A stretch of DNA of 63,230 bases, the filler included, from Octopus bimaculoides (lineage: Eukaryota), in assembly GCF_001194135.2 (NCBI RefSeq). It is 6 parts of 5 records of this genome, joined end to end, with 100 filler letters (N's around TTAATTAATTAA, not from the genome) between each part and the next. Parts side by side here need not be neighbours in the genome. Positions count along the whole stretch, not along the records: positions 8,397 to 23,130 come from NC_068985.1; positions 23,231 to 26,939 come from NC_069000.1; positions 27,040 to 43,136 come from NC_069005.1; 3 more parts are not named here. The stretch is one strand, 5' to 3'. The notes below the pieces were generated by a model that worked only from the letters and a program-made list of their open reading frames with translations, ran no database searches and was not told where the DNA came from. Shown piece after piece: positions 22,600 to 35,872 of this stretch; the first letter of the stretch is position 1; every line of letters starts with the position of its first letter. A program made the translations under genes and the position numbers.

Positions 22600-23230
22600 T
22601 GCACATTTCTATCCATTTGCATGCGTATAGGAGTGTGTAGGTGCCAGACCGTCTCTGTATGTGTGTATTGTTTTGTGTATGTCAAGATTATTAGATTACT
22701 AAATCCATAATAAACACCATGTTAATATATAGCTACAATCACCAATGCACATAAAATAGACTATAACAGACCACACATTTCCCACAAATTTGCATACTAT
22801 AAAATCTACAATTAAGAGCCCTCTCTACTCGCTGGCGGTACCTACCCACCACCACTACCCATTTTCCTTTATTCAAAAATTCTTATCGCTCCTTAAAATT
22901 ATGGCTTTTAAGTGTTGATTTCTCAGCCCAAGAATTACAGCGTGATGTGCTGCTTGACTGGTCCCCCCTCTCCCTCTCTCTCTCTCTCTCTCTCTTTATA
23001 TATATATATGATGATGATGATGATGATCTTTTCTCCCGCCATGCCTCTGTCTACCCCTCCATCCTCTCTCTCCCCCTTCGTAGTTTTTCCTTTAAGGTCT
23101 TCAGGTTCTGGCTATATATAAATGAGAAACNNNNNNNNNNNNNNNNNNNNNNNNNNNNNNNNNNNNNNNNNNNNTTAATTAATTAANNNNNNNNNNNNNN
23201 NNNNNNNNNNNNNNNNNNNNNNNNNNNNNN

Positions 23231-23283
<53 letters not shown>

Positions 23284-23666
23284 CGGTTAGTTATTATTTA
23301 CTTAAGTTCATGTCTGGCTTGAAATAAAAATATGTGATGAAGGTATGTAAATAATGTTGGTGTCTTATCAGCAGTGAGGACATGTTTGTTGAGACGAGGC
23401 GTGTGTGTACTTAGGAGGAGGAATTCTCTAATGATTCTTCCTTCGATTGTTCGTTAATTGTAAGGTCAATGAAACACACACACACACACATGCACACACA
23501 CAAACTCACATATATATACATATATATACATACACACGCAGACAACCAGTTAAGTAAACCACCCTCCACGCACATAAAATATATCTCTTTTTACGTTGTA
23601 TCTCTCTCTCTCTCTCTGTCTCTCTCTCTCTCTGTCTCTCTCTCTCTCTGTCTCTCTCTCTCTCTG

Positions 23667-23698
<32 letters not shown>

Positions 23699-24007
23699 TC
23701 TGTATATATTTATATATATATATATATATTTAAATACACATACATATACATACATGTAAATATATATATNNNNNNNNNNNNNNNNNNNNNNNNNNNNNNN
23801 NNNNNNNNNNNNNNNNNNNNNNNNNNNNNNNNNNNNNNNNNNNNNNNNNNNNNNNNNNNNNNNNNNNNNNNNNNNNNNNNNNNNNNNNNNNNNNNNNNNN
23901 NNNNNNNNNNNNNNNNNNNNNNNNNNNNNNNNNNNNNNNNNNNNNNNNNNNNNNNNNNNNNNNNNNNNNNNNNNNNNNNNNNNNNNNNNNNNNNNNNNNN
24001 NNNNNNN

Positions 24008-24050
<43 letters not shown>

Positions 24051-24220
24051 GTATGTATATATGAATGTCTGTGTGTATGTGATCCACGTCACCATATAAG
24101 TGGAAAATCTCTGACGTAAAAGATACCAACTAAAAAATTCCATTTCAAGTAAAAATGGTTTTCCTTCGAGATAAAAAAGTAAGAATACAATTCTGAAGAT
24201 TCCATTCATTTTATGCTTAC

Positions 24221-24759
24221 CATGATAGTCTTTGTCTTTTCAAATGCTGGGGTATTATCATTAGCAGATTCCACAGAGATTAACACTCGACAGCTTCCTG
24301 TTTTTTCATTTGTATCACCGTCTTTCACAATTACTTTGAGGGAATAGAGACTCGGATCAGGCCTTAATCCATCTAATTCTATTGATTTTGATAATATTAT
24401 CTGGCCAGAAACGGAGCTGTGGAAACCGAATTTATTCTTGTCTCCGTCAACGATATACAATGACAAGTTGGTGCTTTCATCAATGTCGTCTGCTGAGAGT
24501 AAAACGACATTTCCGCCGACCGGCATACTCTCTTTGATTGTGACTCCGTAAACAGATTTAGAGAAAGTTGGAGCGTTGTCGTTGTATTCTAGGAGATTAA
24601 TAGTCAGTTGTGAGACACCCGATGTTTCACCTTCGTTGTCTATGGCCTCCACTTGTAACTTGTAGGAATGTCGACCACCACTCTTGACATCTCGATCCAA
24701 GAAAGATTTTGTTGATAGTTCACCTGTAATACTGTCCAATCTAAACTTGGCTGAACTCT
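24221..24759 (-). CDS. Internal exon of a multi-exon cadherin (about two EC repeats)
   Basis: Open frame with TGEL..LDRD, EAID, EYNDNAPTF, ADDID, VKDG, SANDNTPAF cadherin motifs. Acceptor TTTCAG at 24760-24765; donor GTAAGC after 24221; phase 1 in, phase 0 out. Confidence 0.92.
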
Positions 24760-25012
24760 CTGAAATTTATGATAAAAATATAGAAAAGTAACTGAACAAA
24801 AGGCAAGTTGTGTTACATGAACAGTTGAATACAAATGCCTAACATTATGCCTAACAACTACACAAGTGAATGTGTGATAAAACAAAATAGGAATTTTGAA
24901 AGAAGAATCTATAAGACTAGTTTTTAAACATTGAATGGATGTGGGGATCAGAATAGAATAGTAATCAAAGGGTTTGAAAATCACTGGTCTAAATTGCTAA
25001 AATTGTCCTTAC

Positions 25013-25190
25013 CGCTGTTGCTCACGAGGCGATAAATGATAAAACAGTTCGGTCCTCTGTCTTGATCTTCTGCCTTCACTGTTAGGATGACGGTGCCAAT
25101 GACTGCATTTTCACTAACATAATAAACGTTGTTAAGCGATGCAGGTAAAAATTCCACCCAGGTAGGACTGTATTCATTAACGGGGAGAAT
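25013..25190 (-). CDS. Upstream exon of the same cadherin
   Basis: Polypyrimidine tract plus CAG, then ILPVNEYSPTW...YYVSENAVIGTVILTVKAEDQDRGPNCFIIYRLVSNS, then GTAAGG. The phase 1 exit joins in frame to the 24759 exon. Confidence 0.88.
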
Positions 25191-26077
25191 CTGAGAAGAG
25201 CCGACAAGGAAGAAAGAGAAGAAAAAAAAAACGATAATTAAAAGCGTAACAGTTTGGGTTGTTATGGTTACAGTTCACTGATTGTAATTAGTCCAGGTGT
25301 GAAAAAGTATTTTTTATAAAACATTCTTTGCATGAAATCTTCTGAATTGGTTGTCGTTGTTGTTTTTTGCTGTTTAATCTCAGGCCAACATTGATTGTGC
25401 TGGCTCATGATCAAAAGCATTCCGGCCGTGACCATCAAATTTATTCGTAAGGGTAAAGGACCATCCCATCTAATGTGTCCTATCCTTATTCAAAACGGAA
25501 GGGTGTGATTTGAGAGAGATTTGGCAATTATTTCTAGCAGCTTAAGTGATCTCGCAGAATATCGTTCATTGACGCGAATCAATAAGATGAAAAACTACCG
25601 CCTACTCTATCTATGATTACTCCATCTTTATATTCTGATAAAGTATTTAGAAGAAAATTATCTTGCGTGCCTTTTCCTTATTTAACCTTTTGCCTGTCCA
25701 AAGCAATTTCATTAGTTTGTCCTAAACGCCCATACTTGTTTGCAGAATTTAAATTAGCCCTTGTTTTATGCTTTCTGAGTAATAGAAAGCTTTCCTATCA
25801 CAAGTCACAAGTTACTCTGATAATTGAAAAAAAATTAGGAATGTATATTGTACATGATATGTCCTGTGTGTCATATATGAAACACAGGACATTTTTCCTG
25901 GCGTTCATGCATCATATATAATATATATTCCCAATTTTTGTGCTACCCCCAGGGTAATATAGGACTAATGAAAGGAAAGATTTATATTATTCAAAACATG
26001 TGAAAACAAGCATGAACTTTTAAGACAGGCTTATGAAAATGGTTTGGACAAGCAAAGGAATATTGATAATAATAATA

Positions 26078-26505
26078 ATTTTGGCGCAAAGTTAGAAATT
26101 TTGGGGGAGAAGTAAGTCGATTACATCGACTCCAGTGCTTAACTGATACTTAATTTATCGACCCCGAAAGGATAAAAGGCAAAGTCGACCTCGGCGGAAT
26201 TTGAACTGAGAACGTAGCGCCAGACGAAATACCACTACACATTTCGTCCGGCGTGCTAACGATTCTGCCAGCTCTCTATCTTCTTAATGATTATTTCTAC
26301 TCTAGGCACAAAGCCTTGAAAATTTTGTGGGGAAAGGGGCTAGTCAATTACATCGACCCCATTGTGTAAGCGGTACTTATTTCATCAACCCCAAAAAGAT
26401 GAAAGACAAAGTCAACCTTGGGGGAATTTGAACCCGGAACGTAGCGGCAAATGAAATACAAAAAAGAATTTCGCCCGGCGTGCTAACGATTCTGCCAGTT
26501 TGTCG
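26078..26505 (-). mobile_element. Two tandem copies of tRNA-derived SINE family B (~26078-26276 and ~26303-26505)
   Basis: Reverse complements of 58943-59160 (CTGGCAGAATCGTTAGCACGCCGG...GTTCAAATT...GTCGACTTTGCCTTT). Confidence 0.8.
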
Positions 26506-28759
26506 TCTTAATATGTATAATTAGCTGTAAAATAATAAAGCTGTTTTACCATTATTTGTTAATTATCGAGGATTGAATCTTGTGGCTAGCATGCACCTAA
26601 TCTATTCAATGTACCTAATTTACGTGTCATATATTCTATAGATAAAGACTAGTCCTCCACTTCAAAAACCACAACTCGTATATCTCATCGTTTATAATTT
26701 ACCCGTTTCATTCTTTAGACTGCGGCTATGTCACGGCACCGCCTTAAATGGTTTAATCCAGCGGTTCTAGACCATTGTTTTTTCGCTTACCTATGGATCC
26801 CTTTGATCCCTATTCTTGCTCGGTTGGACCCTCATAGCCTTCTGATGGTTAAAAAAATCCTATTATATTCTTATAATTATATATTATTAACAATGATATG
26901 AAAAAAAAAATTGGTAAAATATTTTGTGCGCTTTTCTTTNNNNNNNNNNNNNNNNNNNNNNNNNNNNNNNNNNNNNNNNNNNNTTAATTAATTAANNNNN
27001 NNNNNNNNNNNNNNNNNNNNNNNNNNNNNNNNNNNNNNNTAAGCCCCACGGTTTAGCACCACCTTAAATGGCTACTTTCAATTTCCTTCAACCAAATTCG
27101 GTAAATTTTTTTACTATTACACGCGTCACAGGAGACGGGAGTGACAGTAAAAACAAAAATTAAATTTTACAGGAAAATGGAGCGGAATTAGGGGCTAAAA
27201 ATGTACAAGGTTAAATTCTTTGACGGAAAGATACAACCGCCTCAAATTCCTTGTCCTTTCCTGTTTCTGTGGGGTAGTCATGGTAACTATTCCCTAAGTC
27301 CGCCCATTAGAAATGACACCTGCCTCGTGAGACTGACGGGTAAAGTTCACTCACAGCAGGTAACAATTGCCGGAGGTGCCACTTAGTGGGACTGAACTCG
27401 AAACTTCTAGGTTGAGAAGCGAGTTATGCTTGTTCTTATACTAAATAAAACTGATGAAAGCCAGTACCATGAAGGAAAAAAAAAAAAAACAATTCTTTCT
27501 TTTGTTTCCAAACTATTGGTTTATAATAAAACAATGCTGGAGCTTGCAGAATGGATGATGAGTCAGGAACAATAGTAAACGAGATCAGTTTGATACAGGC
27601 TGCTGTTGTTTAAAAACAAAAATATATTTGATTGAAATTTTAATTTCATTGACAAAAACAGACTGTTCCATAAAGTTTACGCTTTTTGTTGAGTATTATT
27701 TACGTTAGGTATGAATATTCAGAAAGATTCAGACATTATCGAGAATATATATTTCGTCTGTTACAAATAAAACATGTCGGCTGGTCTTCCATTATTTCTG
27801 TTTAAAGAAGTGTCCCATAAAGCAGACGACATGAGTGTGAATGAGAGAGAGAGAGGAGGGGGAAGAAAGAGAGACATGAATGAATAACTAAACGAATAAA
27901 TAAATGATGTATTCGTCATTAAGGTTTGTTAGTTTAACAGTTTAGTTTGAGATAGTACTTCCTTCTTTGCGGTGACAAACCTCTTCATCATCGTCATTAG
28001 CGTCATTACTTGATTCTCGGTGTTGTTCTCAACACAATATGGCTGGCTACACAAAATTGCTAATGGTCACGGGATTAATTAGAAAAGAATTTAACTGACA
28101 CATAACTAAAATGAGAGGGTCTTTTAGACACACCAATCATTCCATCACCAACAGCTTTCACTTTCATTTGTTACAATGAATTTGTCATAAAATTTCCTTG
28201 TTATATATATATATGAGTATATATTATCATTTTCTGTTAACTTCTCAACATCTACCATAAAGCCAGCTCCCTCTCTAGTACACTCCCCCTCTTCCGGCCA
28301 CCACTTAGACGAAGCAGATCTTTTAAACTTGCGAGTTACATGGTGACCTCACTAGTGCTGGTGCTACGGTGTCACGACAAACGCACTCAGTACACTCTAC
28401 AAAGTAGTTGGCGCTTGGAAGGGCTTCCACCTGGAGAATCAATGCCTTGGTATTGAATGGAGAACGATGACCGTCCTCCTAGTCGTTGGATCCTGTTGAA
28501 TTGTCCAACCAATGACAGCGTGGAAGACAGGATATCACATTTAATGTCCGTCTTCCATGAGAATGAGAGATGGCTAAAGAGGACGGGCGGAGGCGGAATG
28601 GAGGCGTATGTAGTAAATGGTGAACAAGGATAGAAGGGTAGTGGTCGAAAAATATGAGTGGGGGGGGGGCAAATAGGTGGTGATGGCTGACAGTACAGAA
28701 AGTGTGAAAAACAGTAGCAGCAGGATAATAATAATAATAATAATAATAATCCTTTCTAC

Positions 28760-28962
28760 TACAGGCACAAGGCCTTGAAATTTGGGGGAAGGGATTAAGT
28801 CGATTACATCAACCCCAGTGTTTCAATGGTACTTAATTTATCGACCCCGAAAGGATGAAAGGCAAAGTCGACCTCGGCGGAATTTGAACTCAGAACGTGG
28901 CAAACGAAATACTTCTAAGCATTTCGCCCGACGTGCTAACCATTCTGCCAGCTCGCCGCCTC
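28760..28962 (-). mobile_element. SINE family B with (AAT)n tail
   Basis: GGCGGCGAGCTGGCAGAATGGTTAGCACGTCGGGCG head on the minus strand. Confidence 0.8.
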
Positions 28963-29342
28963 AGAATAATAATAATAATAATGGAAACTGAAAGAAGGCC
29001 GTCGTATATATATATATNNNNNNNNNNNNNNNNNNNNNNNNNNNNNNNNNNNNNNNNNNNNNNNNNNNNNNNNNNNNNNNNNNNNNNNNNNNNNNNNNNN
29101 NNNNNNNNNNNNNNNNNNNNNNNNNNNNNNNNNNNNNNNNNNNNNNNNNNNNNNNNNNNNNNNNNNNNNNNNNNNNNNNNNNNNNNNNNNNNNNNNNNNN
29201 NNNNNNNNNNNNNNNNNNNNNNNNNNNNNNNNNNNNNNNNNNNNNNNNNNNNNNNNNNNNNNNNNNNNNNNNNNNNNNNNNNNNNNNNNNNNNNNNNNNN
29301 NNNNNNNNNNNNNNNNNNNNNNNNNNNNNNNNNNNNNNNNNA

Positions 29343-29535
29343 TATATAGTTGAAATTTATAGAAAAACAGAAGATGAAGACAGATGTATGAACAACAAGT
29401 AGGAGTATTAGTTTGACGCTCAGGAAAGTAAGAAAGTCTTTTATGTTTCGAGCCTACGCTCTTCAACAGAAAGGAATACGAGAAAATAAACAAAGAGAGA
29501 ATGAAAAAAAAACTTGTGGATTTAGCGGTCAAGCA
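29343..29535 (-). mobile_element. Short non-coding repeat carrying a hammerhead-like motif (family 3)
   Basis: TTCCTTT-CTGTTGA-A-GAGC-GTAG-GCTC-GAAAC-ATA-AAAG at 29436-29476; homologs at ~46925-47105, ~48915-49100 and ~60430-60575. Confidence 0.65.
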
Positions 29536-29544
29536 TGCCAACGG

Positions 29545-29925
29545 GCTTCTTTCAGTTTCCGTCTACCAAATCCACTCACAAGGCTTTGGTCGGCTCGAGG
29601 CTTCAGTAGAAGACACTTGCCCGAGGTGCCATGCAGTGGGACTGAACCTGGAACCATGTGGTTGGTAAGCAAGCTTCTTACCACACGGCCACTCCTGTAT
29701 ATATGTGCACGAGTGTCTTTGTGTTTGTGTACCCACCACCACTACCACCACCGTTTAACAACCGGTGTTGGTGTGTTTACATCCCCGTCAACTAGCAGTT
29801 CGGCAAAAGAGACCAACGGAATAAGTATTATGCCTTAAAAAATAGACTTGGGGTCGATTTGTTCGACTAAAACCCTTCAAGGTGGTGCTCCAGGATGGCC
29901 GCAGTCAAATGACTGAATCAAGGAA
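29545..29925. mobile_element. SINE family A halves: 5' half minus (~29545-29695), 3' half plus (~29710-29925)
   Basis: Family A motifs in both orientations, joined at a TA tract. Confidence 0.7.
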
Positions 29926-30149
29926 AAGACTACATAACGATTGCAGCGTGTATGTGTGTGTGTGTGTTTGCTGTAGTAACTTTCTTTCACTCCTACATAC
30001 CCACCCTCTCTCTCTCTCTCTCTCTTCCTTCCTCTCTCTTCCTTTCTCTCTCCATTAAATGCGAAAAACAACCAAATTAAAAGAAAAAACATAAAAAAAG
30101 AATATAAAGAAATAAATGAACTTCAGTCAGCGTTGCTGACGACTTCCAC

Positions 30150-30279
30150 TTAATTCACCGTTAGAGTGAAACTTGAGGAGGAAGAGGAAAGAGAAGGAGG
30201 GAGTGGACGAAGGAGTGAGTGAGGAAAGAGGGGGAGGGAGCAAGTTTTGAAGTGGAGAGGGAAAGTGTATGAAAAGGAA

Positions 30280-30315
<36 letters not shown>

Positions 30316-30700
30316 AAGGAAGAGAGACTGAGAGCGAGAAAGAAAATAACAAAAGCAGGGGAGGGAGAGAGAGAGGGGGGAAAGAATTAAAGGAAAGAAG
30401 AAATGGGAGAGGGAGAAGAGAGAAACAAGGGAGTGATAAAGGGAAAAACGAAAAGAGAGAGAAAGCGAGAGAGGGATAGGAGAGAGGAAAGGGAGGGAGA
30501 ACAAGTTTGAAGTGGGGAAGTGAAAGAGAGGCAGAGAGAGAGGGAAGAAGGAGAAAGGAAGATAGAAAGGGGATAGAGAATAGAAAAGGCAGAAAGAGAC
30601 AGAGAGGGAGGGATGAAAGAGTGTCAAATATATAGAGAACCATGGCAGGAGGAGAGAAAGTGTGTGGGGGAAGGTAAGAGGAAGGGCGGAGAGACAAATT
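30150..30700 (+). repeat. Purine-rich (GA) low-complexity tract
   Basis: Almost exclusively G/A for ~550 bp. Confidence 0.85.
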
Positions 30701-30828
30701 TCAAATCTGTAAAAAAAAAAATCTCATCTCACACACATACACGCTAACATATGCATACATACAGACACACAAATACATTAATACATGCATATAGGCACAG
30801 AAAGACTAACACACACTCAGACATACAA

Positions 30829-30871
<43 letters not shown>

Positions 30872-32324
30872 AATGTAGTGATGAAATACCGAAAGTAAAC
30901 GGAAATATTTCATGCCGGAAAAGTTTTTGAAAGTAGCGTGGATAAATTTAAAGGTGTATAAAAAGTGTGTGCCTGAATGCATGTGTGTATGTGTTTATAC
31001 ACATATGTATATATGTGTGTATGTATGCATTAAGGCCATTCCCTGTTACATTTCACAACTTAAAAGAGCCAGTTGTCTCTCAATATGCAAAGTTACCTGA
31101 TCGAAGTTATTTGATATCGATGTCTTTAATGATTTAAACTAAACGCCAGTTTATTAACATTAGGAAAACAGTCGCGTCTTCAAGACGCACACACTATATG
31201 TATGTATGTATGTATATATATATATATATATATATATAATCTGAAGTTGAAACTCTATCCAAACTTGTTTCTTTACTTAAAGTTTCAGGTTTCTTAAATA
31301 TTTTATGCCATTCATATACATACATTCATACCTACGTACATACACATGTAACAAAAAGTAAATATATACATATTAACCCCTACATACATACATGCACACA
31401 CAGCATTGTCATGTAGCCGAAGACTGATGCTTTGGATAATTATTTACTCATAGCATCTTCCTGGCAACAAACATATGTTAATTCTCCTTCATGAGTTTTT
31501 CACTTCATTTGAAAGGCCGAACAGAATTTCTTAAAAACACTGCTTTATCTCTCATTCTTTCTTTTATTCGTTCTCATTCTTTCTCCTTTTCACTTTCTCC
31601 GTCGCTTTTATTTCTTACTTTCTCTTTCTTCTTCTCTTATTCTTTCTTTCTCTCGGTCTTTCACGTTTTCTCCGTCTTTCTTTTACTTTCTCTCTGTTTC
31701 TCTTACGCTTTCTTTTTCCTTCTCCCTTCGACTCTTTCTCTCTTTTCTCTTTTTCTTTCTTTTTCTCTCTCTCACACAATTTTTTTCTTTCTTTCTCTCC
31801 GTTATTCTTACAATCTTTTTTTACTCTCTTTACCATCACATCGAAACCCGTGTGTGTGTGTGTGTGTGTATTGATCCTAATACGACAAACTTGACTTTCT
31901 TGAGTTCGAATCTTACCGACGTCGACTTGGCCTTTAATCCTTTCGAGGCCGATAAAATAAAGTACCAGTCAAGTACTGAGGTCGATGTAAATCGACTAAC
32001 CCCCCCCCCCGCCTCCCCAAAAACATCAGGCGTCAGTCGTACTTATTAATAATAAAAACCATTAATTATTAATTAAAATAAAAAGTCCATCTTCAATAAT
32101 TAATTTCGGAAACTGCAAAAAATAAACGGGGATAACAAGCATTCAAACCACCCAACATGGAGAATCTTGATTCGGGACACCAAATTTGCTAATAGCAACC
32201 AGAATCGCCTTCATTTACACACTATAATCTTTACAAGATATGGAAAAAAAAAGACACCATAAAAATATATAAAATATATATATAAAGGAACCAACGAAGG
32301 TTACTCGGTATGCTTAAAAAAGCA

Positions 32325-32575
32325 GTCAGATCGCCCTTAATGTAGAAACAACAGTTTTAAGTTATGCGTGCCGTTCGGCTTGCTTTAAATAACAGTCGAA
32401 TCGCCCTAAAGTACACACAACTAAGTTATGCGTGCCGCTTGGCTTGCTAAAAATAGCAGTCGTATCGCCCTCAAATCATACATACGTTTTTAAAAAGTTA
32501 TGCAGGTCGTTCGGTTTGCTAAAAATAACAGGCAGATTGCCCTCAAACCACACATAACAGTTTTAAAAAGAAACA
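32325..32575 (+). repeat. Minisatellite, about four copies of a ~60-bp unit
   Basis: Recurrent AAGTTATGC..G(C/T)CG.T.GG.TTGCT.AAAATA.CAG.C...TCGCCCT.AA. Confidence 0.75.
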
Positions 32576-33029
32576 AAACAAAAAAAGAAGGCATTGGCTA
32601 TCGCAGTCTTAGACAAACTATTTCTGAATGTTTTTTTTTTTTCATCGCAGAACAGTTCCAGGAATTAATATCTTTGATAATCAGTTTCGAAACTAGTTAC
32701 GAAGCTATGGATGGTAGAGTAGGGGGGTAAGACATCAGGCCAAAAAAAATGTGCTGCGATAGTTTTTTTTTTTAACATCTACATTTACGTTCTAAGTTCA
32801 AACCCGGTTGGGGTCAACCTTGCCTGTTACTGCCACGGGGTAAAGTATAATAGTCGATATTTATCGACTGCTATGTCCTTCACCCAAATATTTGCAATCT
32901 CCTGCTTCGAGTGAAAATAATAAAACAGCAAATATATCGAGTTGTTTACGTTTTGAGTTCAAATCCCACAGAGATCGACTTTGCTGTTCTTCCTCCCAGG
33001 GTTGATATAACGAACTAATAAATAGCCCA

Positions 33030-33360
33030 GTAAGGTCCTAAGAGGTCAGGTCACCTAATTTTATTACAATACCCTTTAAGAATCCAAAGTCTTGTACTGA
33101 TGTGCTTAGGGAGTAACCTAATTCGTCTATAATATCCTTTTAAAATCTGGGGGTCTGTTCTGAAGCACAAGGGGTCACCTAATCTGGCTAATACCCTTTA
33201 AAAACTTGAGGTATTATTCTGTAGTTCTGAAGTGTGTGTGGGGGGGGGGAGCTGTGCCTAATTCGGTTATGGTACCCTTTCAAAATCTGAGGTCTTGTGC
33301 TACAATACTTAAGGGTCACCAAAATCGGTTATAATGCCCTTTAAAAGTCCAGAGTCTGGT
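33030..33360 (+). repeat. Degenerate ~55-bp tandem array
   Basis: Recurrent GGTCACCTAAT...TACCCTTT.AAA.TC.GAGGTCT, five to six times. Confidence 0.65.
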
Positions 33361-33774
33361 GTTGTATGTCAGTCGTATAAAAGCTATTATTGGAACCGTT
33401 TTACATTCGAATGGAGGAATATAAATTTGAGGCTGTTTTCATTCAGTTGAACTTTTATAAACGGTCGTAGGGTTAGCTTTTGCAGCCCCTCTCTCTCTCT
33501 CTTTCTTTCTCTCTCTCTCAATATATATGTCTGTGTCTCTGTGTGTGTCTTTGATAATTCGCCATCGCTCTCGAGCAGGGCTATATCTATATGATCAGAC
33601 ATCCCAACCGTGACCATCACACCTTTATTCCCCCTCTCTCTCTCTCTCTCTCTCTCCTTCTCCCTCTCTTATCTATGCGTGTGTGTGTGTATGTGTGTTT
33701 AGTAAATCTACATCTATGTTTAAAGGCGTTCCAGCTGTGATCACTAACCTCGTTTTTTTTATTTATTCAGTAGA

Positions 33775-33820
<46 letters not shown>

Positions 33821-35143
33821 AAAGGAATACATTATCCAATGTACGTTTATTTCCTTCCTTCTATTATTATTTTTATTTATTTATTGCAGACATTAGGGAG
33901 TGCTTTGGGGGGAGAATATTTCGCTGACATTTCTAGCAGATCAAGTGTACACACGTGTGTATGTGTGTGTACGTATACGTATTATATGCTTGTGTGTGTG
34001 AGTGCACGGCGTCTCTGAGTATGTGTGTTTAAGTATTTGCGTGCTGTTGTAAAGTATGTATTTGAGTGTGTGTGTGTGTGTGTGTAGTATATGTACGAGT
34101 TGTGTATGTATGTGTATCTGTACATGTATGTAGTGTGTGTATTTTGTGAATGTGTTTGCACGTGTGTGTGTGTGCATAAGGCTTGTGTACGAGTTGTGTG
34201 TGTGTGTTACTTTGAATGTATTAGTGTGTGTGTGTATGCTTGTAAACATATGTGTGTATAAGTCTGCCTGAGTTTGTGTGTGTATGTGTGTATGCAATAG
34301 GATGAAGACGGCAGCTTCCCCATCACTTCCTAACGTGATAGAGAGAAAAAGTAAGAAGAAATAAAAACCTTCAGACGAAATTTTTTAAAAGTCAGCAATT
34401 AAAGATTAATAATAAAGCCATTAATGACAGTAATAGTTATTATATAACGTAATAATAATAATAAATATATATAACACAAATAAGTACTTTATATATAACA
34501 ACGGGGGGAAAGGGTTTTTTTTTATTTAACGGACGAGACGGGTCTCAAAAGTTAGTTCGGTCTGAATAACTTTGAAAGGCAAAAGCGAAAGCTCTCATCA
34601 TCCAGAAAGGAAAACAATGAGAGGGAGTAGGAGGATGAGGAAGAGGAGAACCAGATGCAGGAGGAGGAGGAGTGAAGGAGAGGAAAACCGGGGATGTTCG
34701 TATGAAAATCCGAAATTTCCGAAACGGAACGATGAAAAACCTTGGTTCTTTTTTTCTTGTTATTCAGCATCTTTTAATCGTCTTTTCATAATTTACTTTC
34801 ATTCTTTCTTTCTCTCTTTTTATAACCCCCCCCCCCTGTATTAGCGTCATCTTATATTTGTAGATTTTAATTTTGAATGTTTTTTCTTTCTTTTTCTCAT
34901 TGTCCCTTTTTTCTTTTCCTTTCTCACCTTACTTTTTCGAAATCCCCTTCTCTCTTTCTCCCACACGTATCTTTCTTTCACTCTCTCTCCCTCTCCCTAT
35001 GTATGTATTTATCTACCTATCCATCACTTTTACCCTTATACTTTCTACCTTTTTACCTTATTTTCCCCTATACCATCACCTTAACTACTTCTCTCCAACC
35101 CTCTCTTTCTCTCAATCCTTCTGTCACCCTCTCTTTATATATA

Positions 35144-35179
<36 letters not shown>

Positions 35180-35557
35180 TCTTTCAGTCTGTCACAATTT
35201 ATCCGTTACTTACTCCCTATATCCCTCCCTTTTCTCTCTATCAATCTATATACCTCACTCTCGATTTATCCGTTACTCCCTCCCTATATATATGTCTCTA
35301 TCCCTTTTTCTCTTTCTCTTTCAATCTATCTCTCTATCCGTTACTCCCTCCTGTATATCTGTCTCTATCTCTAATCTCTCTTTCTTTCTATCTATCACCT
35401 CCTCTCTGTCTATCTATCACCTCCTCTCTGTCTATCTATCTATCTATCTATATATATATATATACAAAATTAAGAGGAAAGACCAGCAAAAGTGGACTCC
35501 TATATGCTAGAAATAGATGCCAAATCACCTAACCACGAAGAATATGTTCTCAATATA

Positions 35558-35594
<37 letters not shown>

Positions 35595-35872
35595 CTGTCT
35601 CCATCATCTTTCTTTCTTCATCTCTCATTCAAGACAAACCCAACGTTTGTTAAATCCTTTCAATAAAAACTAATTCAAAACTTAAATCCAACTTCAAAAA
35701 CACAACCAAAAACCCCAACCGAACAATCCAAACTAAAAACAAAAAAACGATCGAAAGAAACCCAAACGGGACAAAAAAACCAACAAAACAAACAAACAAA
35801 TAAATAAATGGTTAACAACAACAACAACATGAAGAAGAAGAACTCTTAACAAAAAGGAAAAAAGAAACTTAC

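Noticed and set aside
27765-27835. LWDTS peptide on the minus strand, suggestive of Rho exon 2 (LWDTAGQ)
   Set aside because: The following residues do not match switch II and a stop occurs within ~15 codons.
32325-33360. Repeat-spacer-like appearance of the tandem arrays (CRISPR?)
   Set aside because: Eukaryotic context, degenerate repeats, related rather than unique spacers, and no cas genes.
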